From Octopus vulgaris (taxonomy: Eukaryota), in the NCBI GenBank assembly GCA_951406725.2, contig OX597831.1, positions 75,888,001 to 75,952,000 of the forward strand: a stretch of DNA of 64,000 nucleotides, given 5' to 3'. Below the pieces are notes generated by a model. The model made no database searches and was not told the DNA's origin. It worked only from the letters and a program-made list of their open reading frames with translations. The position numbers and the translations under genes are program-made. The stretch's first letter is position 1. Every line of letters begins with the position of its first letter. Of the stretch, positions 38,941 to 51,330 are shown in pieces.

Positions 38941-39914
38941 TTATTTCTTACTTCTGAGATTTTTTTTTTCGAAATTATTTTTAGAATGACATTGTAGGAT
39001 CGGTTTGAGAGGCCGGATCTGACTGGTTCGAACGTAAAATGTTAGAATGCTGACCGGACAGCTAGGTGAATAGAAAGTGGCGTCGTTCCGAAGATAAACG
39101 AAGCAAACACTTACTGAAGGCTTTTAGTTCACATATCTTAAGCTAGAAGCCAAATGCCGTGTTTCTTGAAGCTTTCGTCTTCTACTTAGATATGGGCAGA
39201 CCGAAGAAAGGTAGAGTCGAGCTCCGGCTGGATTTGATTCAATGAATTTCAGAAGGCATAATTTATTATTTCACATGCAACTGGTGTCTCAAACCGAAAT
39301 GGTTAAGACGTTCAGAAAGGCGCAGGTGGAAAATGCAGATGATAGTATAAAATATGGCAATAGAAGAGTTTCGATCTGGATGCGACCTGAACTCCTTTCG
39401 AATGTAAGGAGTTAAAGGCCGGAACACTTGCAAGAAGAGGCCTTCTCTGAAGACCTTCCGCTGTTCAGTTCTTCCCTAAAGATTCTAATTACTGACTGTG
39501 CGAGTAAGAATGAAGTGCATCACGTGATGATTTAATCAGCTTATTCAGACGCGATAATTAGTCAGTTTTTTTAATTGAATTTTATTTTATCTAGTTTCAG
39601 CTCACGAGCTGTGGCCATGCTGGGGCACCGCCATTTAAGGCAAATAAAATTGAGATTAACCAAAACTTTGACATACATTGAAGATTTCCTAAATTCCATT
39701 GACTTAACCAATCAAAACATATGACTGGTATTTTTATCGATTTTATCGATTCCGGAAAGATGTAAATGCAAAAGAAATGTAAAGTGAACATCTAAATATA
39801 AAGGGATATAACCAAATATCAAAACAATTTAGTTCGGCGCTCTATGCGTTTAGTTCTATGACTAGATTACTGCTCCTAAACAATAATGAAATAAATATTT
39901 TCTTTTCTTTTAAG

Positions 39915-39978
39915 AATTACCAAAAACAAAAAAAAGAAACAACAACAAAAAAAGCAAAGGAGAAAATGAAATTTGGAG
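39915..39978 (+). other. Candidate small exon (64 nt)
   Basis: Acceptor TTTTCTTTTCTTTTAAG and donor GAG|GTAAGT; the body is A-rich and low in complexity. Confidence 0.25.
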
Positions 39979-40125
39979 GTAAGTAATAAAACTTGTTAAA
40001 TTCTAAAGAATTTTTTTTTTACGTAATGATAAAATGTTTTAAAGAAATGAAATTCGATTTAACTGTTATGTACTTATATCAGCCATTACCGCCCTCTCTC
40101 TCTCTCTCTCTCTCTCTCTATTATA

Positions 40126-40577
40126 CAGGGTGGCCATAAAGTCATGCACCATCCTGCAATATGTGAAATTGCTAGCATTCTCTGTTTGATCTATTTTCCC
40201 AACTTCCGATATTACTCACAAACCGATCCTCATTGGATGGAGGGAGATTATCAACAAGCCAGGGGCAAGCTAATGGTGTGGTGTGGGATTTGGCACAGTC
40301 AAGTAATTAAACCATTTTACTTCGCGAGCTCTGTGACAGGTGATTCGTATCTGGACATGCTTGGCAACAAGATGATGCCTCACGTGAGCATTCACTTGGA
40401 AGGGGAAATCCCGTCTGGTTCCAGCAGGATGGGGCTCTGCCCCCATTATGCATCACAGGTTCGGGATTTTTTGAATGAGCATTTTCCAGGGAGATGGTTC
40501 GGGCATCGCAGGGCATTTGAATGGGCACCACGATCACCAGATTTAACTCACATGGACTTTTTCTTCTGGGGCTACAC
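40126..40577 (+). mobile_element. Internally deleted Tc1/mariner element of the DD41D (rosa-like) type
   Basis: TA plus the TIR-like start CAGGGTGGCCATAAAGTC. Translation, allowing frameshifts: KLMVWCGIW...WFQQDGA(L)PHY...FPGRWFG...EWAPRSPDLTHMDFFFWGY, with 41 residues between the QQD and MD aspartates. Confidence 0.85.
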
Positions 40578-40598
40578 ACATATATACACACAAGCACG

Positions 40599-40639
<41 letters not shown>

Positions 40640-40834
40640 ATATTGTATGATTGTCGTTCTTTAGGATTCTAATTCTGGTAAAGCTTAGACTTATTTATGG
40701 AGGTTTTGTCACATCTATCTGTCATAGAAGAATACATATCCAAAGTAATCCAGTGTAGAGTTCAAAGCTGGAGATCCGCGGTCTAATCCAGAGGAAGTTC
40801 GCCTAAGCGTTAAATATGTGGCATAAATAAAATA

Positions 40835-40887
<53 letters not shown>

Positions 40888-41029
40888 CCAGAAAAGAATC
40901 AAATTTTAAGTGTAAAGTTTATACTGAAATCCGTGGATTATTTCATGAATAATCTTAATTAATCTACCGAGGTGTCAGAGCATCCGATTCGTTGATTCAC
41001 TATCTTTGCAACATCTTTACTTGCAAAGG

Positions 41030-41276
41030 AAAGATTGTTTGCCAAAATAACATGGCAGTCCTGGTTTAGGACGAATGTTGCTGTAATTTAACCCCAGGAG
41101 ACTTCGTCTCCAGCTGGCTATCGACACGATCTGTGTCCTTATACTTGCTAGATTCCCTTGTTCGAAAATATAAGGACACAGATTGTGTCTTATAGACAGC
41201 TGGAGACGATGTTGCTAAATTACAGCAACATTCGTCCTAAACCAGGACTGCCATGTTATGTTGGCAAACAATCTTT
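41030..41276. repeat. Long inverted repeat (about 110-bp arms, about 26-bp spacer)
   Basis: AAAGATTGTTTGCCAAAATAACATGGCAGTCCTGGTTTAGGACGAATGTTGCTGTAATTTA... is mirrored by ...TAAATTACAGCAACATTCGTCCTAAACCAGGACTGCCATGTTATGTTGGCAAACAATCTTT. Confidence 0.9.
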
Positions 41277-41350
41277 ACTCCAAAGAATTGTTGCTGAATA
41301 TCTCACGTTGTGAGATTTAAAAATAGTAATTTTCTTAACTCTACTTGCAG

Positions 41351-41393
41351 TTCGAACCCCGTTCGCTTCGCCACCAGTTCTTCTTCCTTCACA
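41351..41393 (+). other. Candidate small exon (43 nt)
   Basis: Acceptor TTTTCTTAACTCTACTTGCAG (with a branch-like CTTAAC) and donor ACA|GTAAGT. Confidence 0.35.
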
Positions 41394-41522
41394 GTAAGTA
41401 CGAGTTAATGTAGCATTGTATTCCGTCTGTTCTGTACTTTTTGTATACAATGTTCATTCTTTAACAGGAAGACAACATTTTAGTTTGCGAGAATCTTCAT
41501 GTAAAGTCATGCGTTGAAACAG

Positions 41523-41894
41523 ATCTTGGGAGGGTCATCATGCCAATAATATATCCACACGCACTGGCTCTATTTCCCTTTTATTATTATTCGTTAATTA
41601 ATTAACATTTAAGTAATTAACTAATAGATTGTTTGGTTAATCAATTAATCAGCTGGGTTTGTCAAAGTCTTGGAGACAGAAAGACAGACCTGAAGCAGAT
41701 CTGGAGACGAGAGAGGACATGTTATTGAAGGCCGTGAATGCCGACAAAAGGATTTTGAAAAATCTAACAGTTTGGTTGATTGACCCAACTTTTAATTAAA
41801 CAAATGATTAACTAACTGGTTAAAGGCTAACGAATAAACGAAGTGAAATAGAATCGGTGTATTTTTATTATTGGCATAACGACCCGCCTAAGAT
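41523..41894. mobile_element. MITE with long imperfect TIRs
   Basis: Left end ATCTTGGGAGGGTCATCATGCCAATAAT...CTATTTCCCTT matches the reverse complement of the right end, ATCTTAGGCGGGTCGTTATGCCAATAAT...CTATTTCACTT. Confidence 0.65.
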
Positions 41895-41914
41895 ACACCA
41901 AAATTTGTTCCTCT

Positions 41915-42740
41915 AGCTTTGTGAGTGAATTTGGAAGATAGAAACTGAAAGAAGCCCGTCGTATACATATGTACATCTATGCGTGGATGTGTATCTGTGT
42001 CTGCCCATCAGCACCGTTCGACAACCAGTGTTGGTGTGTTTACGTCCCCGTAACCTAGTAAATAAGTACCAGGCTTTAAAAAGGAGTAGGGTCGATTCGT
42101 TTGACTGAAATTCTTCGAGGAGGTGCTCCAGCATGGCCGCTGTCTAATGACTGAAACAAATAAAAGAAAAAAGATTCATTCCGCCATTTTGTATAAGCAC
42201 CAAGAAATTTGCTAAAATGTGAAATGAAATTATTGCCTGTGTGTTACATTCCTTGATATTACCCCAGGGTGGCAAGTATATACTTGCAAAGTAACTCATC
42301 ATATGACGAGTAACTTCGGAACCATACTTTTACCATTATGGGTTATTTTTTTATCTTGTTACAGTCATTAGAAGAATTTAGTCGAATGAATCGACCCCTA
42401 GTATTTAATATTTTTATTTTATTTATTTATTTTTTTATTTGTAGAGCTTGCTACTTATCCTATCGGATGTCTTTTGCCGAACCGCTAAGTCACGGTGATG
42501 TAAACATACTAAAACCGGTTATCAAGCGGTGATGGAACACACACACACACACACACCTACACACATGTGTGTATACCACGGGCTTCTTTCAGTTTCCGTC
42601 TACCAAATCCACTCACAAGGCTTTGGTCGGCCCGAGGCTATTGTAGAAGACATTTGCCCAAAATGCTACGCAGTGGGACTGAACCCAGAACCATGTGGTT
42701 GGTAAATAAGCTTCTTACCACACAGCCACGCCTGCGCCTC
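41915..42740. mobile_element. Inverted pair of SINE family A copies (+ 41915-42170; - 42350-42740)
   Basis: Family A motifs in opposite orientations. Confidence 0.8.
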
Positions 42741-43799
42741 TTGTATGTATGCCTTATTTCCTGATATTAGCCATGGGGGCAAAAACAGATCCCCAAAAGT
42801 TACCCCGTCATATGGCATCTAAAAATTTTAATCAAAATATTTAGCCAAAAATGTTTTCTTTAATAAAAAAAAAAGAAAAAAAACCTCTTCTCTTTTCTTT
42901 TAAAATATATTTTACAGATATTTCAATGGAAAATTATTTGATGGAGCAATATCTGTGGAATGTGGAATTTGACGAAGAATTTCTAGAAGAATTTCATTTC
43001 ATTTGGCTGGGAACTATAGAAATGGCACAAAGACAACGGTTGTTGAAAGGAGAATGAATTTCTCTTTACTCTCAACAGTGTTGGTTTGGTTCTCTCTTTT
43101 TAATGTCCTATTGTAGTTGGTGTTGTTAGTGTTGTTGCTTAGCTCCAGGTTAGCTTTCATTGGACTGATCTAATTTCAGCAGGCGTTCTAGCCATGGCTG
43201 TCTGTATTTTCCTTCAGTCACCCTAGATCGTATGCCCTTTTCCTAACAAAGCAGTTGGTGCGTAATTGTAGAGTAATTTGCTTGCTACTTCTAGCAAGTC
43301 GAACAGCCACATACAAATTATCTGAATGTCTCCTGCCATGTTTAATATCGTTGTTTTTGTTTAGCCCTAAATCAGCCCCGACTGAGCAGATCTACAAGCG
43401 AACCAATTCCAGCTGTGACCTTCGTGACATCTTAAGGTTTGCAGGATAACTTTTTTCTGATATGTCACTCCGTCATTTGAAGATGACAGAGTGCAATTTG
43501 AGGGAGATTGGCTCCTATTTCTGGTAGGCAGAGTGGCTACATTGAGGCTCCTTCATTGACTCCTGCTGTGTTTTATCGAGTCTGTGTAAGCCTGGGTCAC
43601 TTTAATGAGTGTCACCAAATAACTAAATGATACAAACTCAACTACAAAGTTCAAATTTTATTTAGAAAAAAATTTGAATGCAATTAATTTAATAAATAGA
43701 ACAAACAAATTTTGTGTATTAAAGCAACACTATATATGTGTGTCAACAGCTTAGAGAAAGGATTTAAAATAAACACAGAAGGAAGCATGCCTTCTCTAT

Positions 43800-44712
43800 G
43801 TGCGACAATCTGGCAGAATCGTTTGAGTATCGGACAGAATACTATGCAGTATTTTTCCGTATTTTTCTTTACATACCGAGTTCAAATGCCACCAGAGTCG
43901 ACGTTGCCTTTCATCGTTCAATATAACTAAATACTCATCAGATATTGGGGGTGGGGTTCGATGTAATCGACTAATAGACTAAGACCTCCTTCCGATCTTC
44001 TGGCTTGTGGTTATATAATCCTTTCTACTATTGGCACAGGGTCTGAAATTTGGGGGAGGGGGAATAGTCAGTTAAATCGAACCCACTACTCAACTGGTAC
44101 TTGATTTATCGATCCCGCAAGGATGAAAGGCAAAGTCAACCTCGGTGGAATTTGAACTCAGAACGTAGCGACAGCCTTGTGGTTATATAATAAATTGTAA
44201 AAGCGGCGGACGGCAAAATCGGCAGAGTATGAGACAAACTACTTTGCGACATTCGTTCTGATTTCAAATCCGACCCAAGTCAGCTTTGCTTTTCGTCCTT
44301 TCGGAGTCGATAAAATGCAGTAGAAGTCAATACAATCGACTTAAATCTCTCCTAAAATTGCTGGCTTTATACCAAAATTCGGAACCATTATTACAAGCAA
44401 GATGATGGATTAATAGAATCGATAGCTCGTCGAACACGGAAATACATAAATGTATTGCATATGTGCGTGTTTTACTAATGATATATGATAATTAATGCGA
44501 CGAGCTGGCAGAAACGTTAGCACGCGGGGCAATATGCTTTGCGGTATTTCGTCTGTCTTTACGTTCTGAGTTTAAATTCCACCGAGGTCGACTTTGCCTT
44601 TCATCCTTTCTGGGTCGATAAATTAAGTACCAGTTGCGTAGTGGGGTCTATCTAATCGACTGGCCCCCTTCCCCAAAATTTCGGGCCTTGTGCCTAGAGT
44701 AGAAAAGAATAA
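43800..44712. mobile_element. Cluster of four SINE family B copies
   Basis: + 43800-43990, - 44015-44170, + 44200-44390 and + 44495-44710. Confidence 0.75.
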
Positions 44713-44974
44713 TATATAATAATTATTTAATATATGATAATTAGATTCCTAGCTGTAAATTTACTTACATTTGTTTGTCTTGTATTCAGATATAATTTGA
44801 AAACTTCCTGACTGAAATATTTTAAATATGAAATGTTATTCTTTTCCAGATTTGTGTATTTAATACAGCCAACGTCCCGGATTGAAATTTCTCTGCTTTT
44901 AACTGGATAAATACATCAATAATAATATTGAGTCCAAATTTCGCCAAGAGTCAGTTTGAATTGTAGGAAAGTGT

Positions 44975-44979
44975 GAGCA

Positions 44980-45029
<50 letters not shown>

Positions 45030-45960
45030 TGAACGAGTTTGAGAGAATGAGTGAGTGAGCGAGTGAGGAAGTGTGAAAAAGTGTGATTGAGTGACCGAGT
45101 GAGGCAGTATGAGTGATTGAATGAGTAAGTGAGTGAGTGAGTGAGTGAGTGAGGGAATGTGAAAGAGTAAGTGATTGAGTGAGCGAGTGAGGGAGTGAAG
45201 GAGTGTGAGAGAGTGAGTGAGTGAGCGAGTGAGGGAGTGAGTGAGTGAGCGAGTGAGGAAGTGTGAAAGAGTGTGATTGAGTGACCGAGTGAGGCAGTAT
45301 GAGTGATTGAGTGAGTAAGTGAGTGAGTGAGGGAATGTGAAAGAGTGAGTGATTGAGTGAGCGAGTGAGGGAGTGAAGGAGTGTGAGAGAATGAGTGAGT
45401 GAGCGTGTGAGGAAGTGTGAAAGAGTGAGTGAGTGAGCGAGTGAGGAAGTGTGAAAGAGTGTGATTGAGTGATCGAGTGAGGCAGTATGAGTGATTGAGT
45501 GAGTGAGTGAGTGAGTGAGTGAGGGAATGTGAAAGTGTGAGTGATTGAGTGAGCGAGTGAGGGAGTGTGAGAGATTGAGTGAGCGAGTGTGGGAGTGGGA
45601 AAGAGTGAGGGAACGAGCGAGTAAGGCAGTGTGCGTGAGTGAGACAGATTGTGAGTGAGTGCGAGAGAGAGACCGAGTGAGTGATAGTGTGAACGAGATA
45701 GAGCGAACGAGTGTGTGAGTGAGAGCGAACGAATGTGTGAGTGAGAGCGAGCGAGTGAGTGTAAGGGTGAGAGCAAACGAGGGAGAGTGAGCGAATGAGA
45801 GGGAACGAGTTAGTGCGTGAATGAGTGAGACAAAACGAGTGAGCGAGAGCGAGTGAATGAGTGAGAGAGAGAGAGAGAGAAAAAGATTAAGAGAGGGCGA
45901 AAAAGAGTGAGAGCGAGAGATAGCGAGAGAGAGAGTGAGCGTATGAGGAAGTGTGAGAGC
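44975..45960. repeat. (GAGT)n-derived compound repeat with a ~190-bp higher-order unit
   Basis: GAGGAAGTGTGAAA.AGTGTGATTGAGTGA.CGAGTGAGGCAGTATGAGTGATTGA recurs at ~45065, 45255 and 45444. Confidence 0.85.
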
Positions 45961-45966
45961 GATGGC

Positions 45967-47801
45967 GTGTGCATGTGTGAGTGTGTGCATGTGTGAGTGT
46001 GTGCATGTGTGAGTGTGTACATGTGTGAGTGTGTGCATGTGTGAGTGTGTGCATGTGTGAGTGTGTGCATGTGTGAGTGTGTGCATGTGTGAGTGTGTGC
46101 ATGTGTGAGTGTGTGCATGTGTGCATGTGTGAGTGTGTGCATATTTGAGTGTGTGCATGTGTGAGTGTGTGCCTGTGTGTGTGTGTGCATGTGTGAGTGT
46201 GTACATGTGTGAGTGTGTGCATGTGTGAGTGTGTGCATGTGTGAGTGTGTGAGTGTGTGAGTGTGTGCATTTGTGAGTGTGTGCATGTGAGTGTGTGCAT
46301 GTGTGAGTGTGTGCATGTGTGAGTGTGTGCATGTGTGAGTGTGTGCATGTGTGAGTGTGTGCATGTGTGAGTGTGTGAGTGTGTGCATGTGTGAGTGTGT
46401 GCATGTGTGAGTGTGTGCATGTGTGAGTGTGTGCATGTGTGAGTGTGTGCATGTGTGAGTGTGTACATGTGTGAGTGTGTGCATGTGTGAGTGTGTGCAT
46501 GTGTGAGTGTGTGCATGTGTGCATGCATGTGTGAGTGTGTGCATGTGTGAATGTGTGCATGTGTGAGTGTGTGAGTGTGTGCATGTATGAGTGTGTGCAT
46601 GTGTGAGTGTGTGAGTGAGTGCATGTGTGAATGTGTGCATGTGTGAGTGTGTGAGTGTGTGCATGTATGAGTGTGTGCATGTGTGAGTGTGTGCATGTGT
46701 GAGTGTGCATGTGTGAGTGTGTGCATGTGTGTGTGTGCATGTGTGAGTGTGTGCATGTGTGCATGTGTGAGTGTGTGCATGTGTGAGTGTGTGCATGTGT
46801 GAGTGTGTGCCTGTGTGAGTGTGCATTTGTGAGTGTGTGCATGTGTGAGTGTGTGCATGTGTGAGTGTGTGCATGTGAGTGTGTGCATGTGTGAGAGTGT
46901 GTGCATGTGTAAGTGTGTGAGTGTGTACATGTGTGAGTGTGTGCATGTGTGAGTGTGTGCATTTGTGAGTGTATGCATGTGTGAGTGTGTGAGTGTGTGT
47001 ATGTGTGAGTGTGTGCATGTGTGAGTGAGTGCATGTGTAAGTATGTGCATGTGTGAGTGTGTGCATGTGTGAGTGTGTGCATGTGTGAGTGTGTGCATGT
47101 GTGAGTGTGTGCATTTGTGAGTGTGTGCATGTGTGAGTGTGTACATGTGTGAGTGTGTGCATTTGTGAGTGTGTGCATGTGAGTGTGTGCATGTGTGCAT
47201 GTGTAAGTATGTGCATGTGTAAGTATGTGCATGTGTGAGTGTGTGCATATTTGAGTGTGTGCATGTGTGAGTGTGTGCATGTGTGAGTGTGTGCATGTGT
47301 GAGTGTGTGCATGTGAGTGTGTGCATGTGTGCATGTGTGAGTGTGTGCATGTGTGAGTGTGCATGTGTGAGTGTGTGCATGTGTGAGTGTGTGCATGTGT
47401 GAGTGTGTGCATGTGTGCATGTGTGAGTGTGTGCATGTGTGAGTGTGTGCATGTGTGAGTGTGTGCATGTGTGAGTGTGTGCATGTGTGAGTGTGTGCAT
47501 GTGTGAGTGTGTGCATGTGTGAGTGTGTGCATGTGTGAGTGTGTGCATGTGTGAGTGTGTACATGTGTGCATGTGTAAGTATGTGCATGTGTGAGTGTGT
47601 GCATATGTGAGTGTGTGCATGTGTGAGTGTGTGCATGTGTTAGTGTGTGCATGTGTTAGTGTGTGCATGTGTTAGTGTGTGCATGTGTGAGTGTGTGCAT
47701 GTGTGAGTGTGTGCATGTGTGAGTGTGTGCATGTGTGAGTGTGTGCATGAGTGTGTGCATGTGTGAGTGTGTGCCTGTGTGAGTGTGTGCATGTGTGCAT
47801 G
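45967..47801. repeat. 1.8-kb minisatellite, 16-bp unit TGCATGTGTGAGTGTG (about 115 units)
   Basis: Read directly; source of the spurious 917, 608 and 593 aa His/Thr ORFs. Confidence 0.95.
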
Positions 47802-47849
47802 CGTTATCGTATTTACAAATATGCACATCATTAGCGAACAGGTAATGAA

Positions 47850-48145
47850 GAGGCGAGTAGTTGTGCCCTGAGAAAAACACAGGGAGAAGGCTCATGAGAG
47901 GAAGCTTGCTAAATACGAGGAACGGGCAGAGTAGAGCAGAAATCAGGGCAGGCGGCAGGCAAAACGCGGGAAACTTGAAGCGGATCTCCGAGCTTTCTGG
48001 AAGGTTCGTTCTGAAAAGCTCTGACCGGGCTCAGAGTTACTGGTGCAACAAAAAAACCTGACCGATAATCCCATTACTGATGCTGCAGGAGAAGCTACAA
48101 AGTGGCTTTGGATGAAGAGAACAGAGAGGGAGTTGGCTGGTGCTA
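47850..48145 (+). mobile_element. Decayed 3' end of a HERO-type RLE non-LTR retrotransposon
   Basis: Translation with stops and frameshifts, VVP*EKHREKAHERKLAKYEE...TDAAGEATKWLWMKR, resembles the HERO-clade C-terminus ELTVPWE...AHERK.AKY...AAEKA..WLWIKR. Confidence 0.7.
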
Positions 48146-48239
48146 ATGGGTTGGGGGCTGGGATTTGAACAATCCCAACTAAAAAAATATGGGAATCTCA
48201 GAGCGTTCGTGAACTGTCTCTGAATTTTGTGTGTGTGTG

Positions 48240-48305
<66 letters not shown>

Positions 48306-48514
48306 GTTACGCTACAAAGAGTAATGTACACGAACCACATGGAAATATATAGATAAAACAAAAATACTCCAGAAACGGGCTTGCATAAATTTGATCTCTT
48401 CGTCAGCTGTCAATTGAAAATCATTATAGTTTCTGTCAGGTTAATGCTCGTGCGTTTGAACCATGTTTTCGTTCTTCCACTTTACTTCCTTGTTGATCGC
48501 TTTTACTTTCATTT

Positions 48515-48608
<94 letters not shown>

Positions 48609-48869
48609 CAGGCAAAATTTAAATGAACACAGAACAGAAAACAAATTATTGATACTTCAGGTATTTTATTAGGTTCATAGTAATTTTGTTTACTGTTTAT
48701 CTTTGTTCATTTCAACTAATATGTGGCCCTTGTTACCCCGTTATAGACCGACTCCGTATGAATGATGTTTTATAGACTGTCTTATATGAGAATGAAAGAT
48801 GAAGGTCGGCGAAAATTGAGCCTTACTTCCTATAGTAACATGTAGCATATTCAACAAGTGTATGTGTAT

Positions 48870-49979
<1,110 letters not shown>

Positions 49980-50045
49980 GTGTGTTTAGCGGCATTTCGT
50001 CCGTCTTATTTCGGGTAACTCTTTTTCAATATTTAGATAGTTTTT

Positions 50046-50242
50046 AAGGTAGCGAGCTGGCAGAAACGTTACCACGCCGGGCATAATGCTTAGCGTATTT
50101 TGTCTGTTTTTATGTTCTGAGTTTAAATTCCACTGAGGTCGACTTTGCCTTTTATTCTTTTGAGGTCGATAAAGTAAGTACCAGCTGAGCAACGGGGTCG
50201 ATTTAATCCTGAAATTGCTGGTCTTATACCAAATTTTGAAAC

Positions 50243-50315
<73 letters not shown>
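50046..50315 (+). mobile_element. SINE family B running into an (ATT)n tail
   Basis: AAGGTAGCGAGCTGGCAGAAACG...CCAAATTTTGAAACC followed by about 24 ATT units. Confidence 0.85.
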
Positions 50316-50522
50316 TTTATAACGTGCTTTCACTTCACTACCGAGCGCAGCTCTGTGTGCCTTGGGTATGTGCTGTGATTTGTTGTGATGCTCTGATGGT
50401 TACTGTATTGAAAGTGTTCTGCGTAGGATGTGTGCAGTGCCTAGTAGTGCAATTTTCTGTATGTTATATGTGTTTGTAAGTCCTGGTGTTTTTGTTATGT
50501 ATTTGTCTGAATATTTTTTTAA

Positions 50523-50524
<2 letters not shown>
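50316..50524 (-). mobile_element. Severely 5'-truncated Dong/R4-type RLE retrotransposon within (TAA)n
   Basis: Minus-strand translation YSDKYITKTPGLTNTYNIQKIALLGTAHILRRTLSIQ* carries the QK.ALLGTAHILRR C-terminal signature; (TAA)n lies on both sides. Confidence 0.8.
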
Positions 50525-50578
<54 letters not shown>

Positions 50579-50599
50579 CCATCATCATCATCATCATCA

Positions 50600-51062
50600 A
50601 GATACTACGAGCTAATTTAGTCAGCAGGCATTTATCTTGATGCTTGGTGACAAATCTCCTAAAATCTTGAGCACCTTTCTTTCAATTTGTGCAGAATACA
50701 GGTTGGTATTTTTCTGCAGATTGACATAATTTGAGTCATAATTCCAATCTCCTTCAGTCTTTTAGGTAACATTTTGGGTGTTGCACCAAGTGTACCAATT
50801 ACTACAGGAATAATCGTTGTCTCACTCTTCCAGAGTCTCTTCAGCTCCCTCGCTAGATTCTGATATTCCTAAATTTTTGTTTTTCAATTTCTTTGGTATC
50901 AACTGTTATCATAAAAATTGCAAAATTTTACACTCTTTCTATAATCATATCTGGTCTTCTTGTTTCAATCGTATGGTCTGTCTTTATCGGGAAGTTCCGC
51001 AAGATCTTGTAATTTCTTACTTTTTTGTCACAACCGCTGGTTGTGATCATACCACTTCCATA
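50600..51062 (-). mobile_element. Older decayed Dong/R4-type element, restriction-like endonuclease region
   Basis: Minus-strand translation with frameshifts: KWYDH...NYKILRNFPIKTDHTIETRRPDMII...EYQNLARELKRLWKSETTIIPVVIGTLGATPKMLPKRLKEIGI...LQK. Confidence 0.8.
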
Positions 51063-51142
51063 TTATTATTAGAAGCTGCACACTCGGATGACACTCCAAT
51101 GCACACTTTTACCTTCGCAGTCATGCGTACGCTTATATCCAT

Positions 51143-51330
51143 AGCAGTATTTCTTTCGTCGTTATGTTCTGAGTTCAAATTCCGCCGAGGTCGACTTTGC
51201 CTTTCATCCTTTCGGGGTCGATAAATTAAGTACCAGTTACGCACTGGGGTCGATGTAATCGACTTAATCCCTATGTCTGTCCTTGTTTGTCCCCTCTGTG
51301 TTTAGCCCCTTGTGGGCAATAAAGAAATAT
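51143..51330 (+). mobile_element. SINE family B, 5'-truncated
   Basis: Near-consensus body with the TTAGCCCCTTGTGGGCAATAAAGAAATA tail. Confidence 0.85.

Noticed and set aside
44899-47668. ORFs of 917, 608 and 593 aa rich in His and Thr
   Set aside because: They are translations of a stop-free 16-bp minisatellite, open in all three minus frames; the period is not a multiple of 3.
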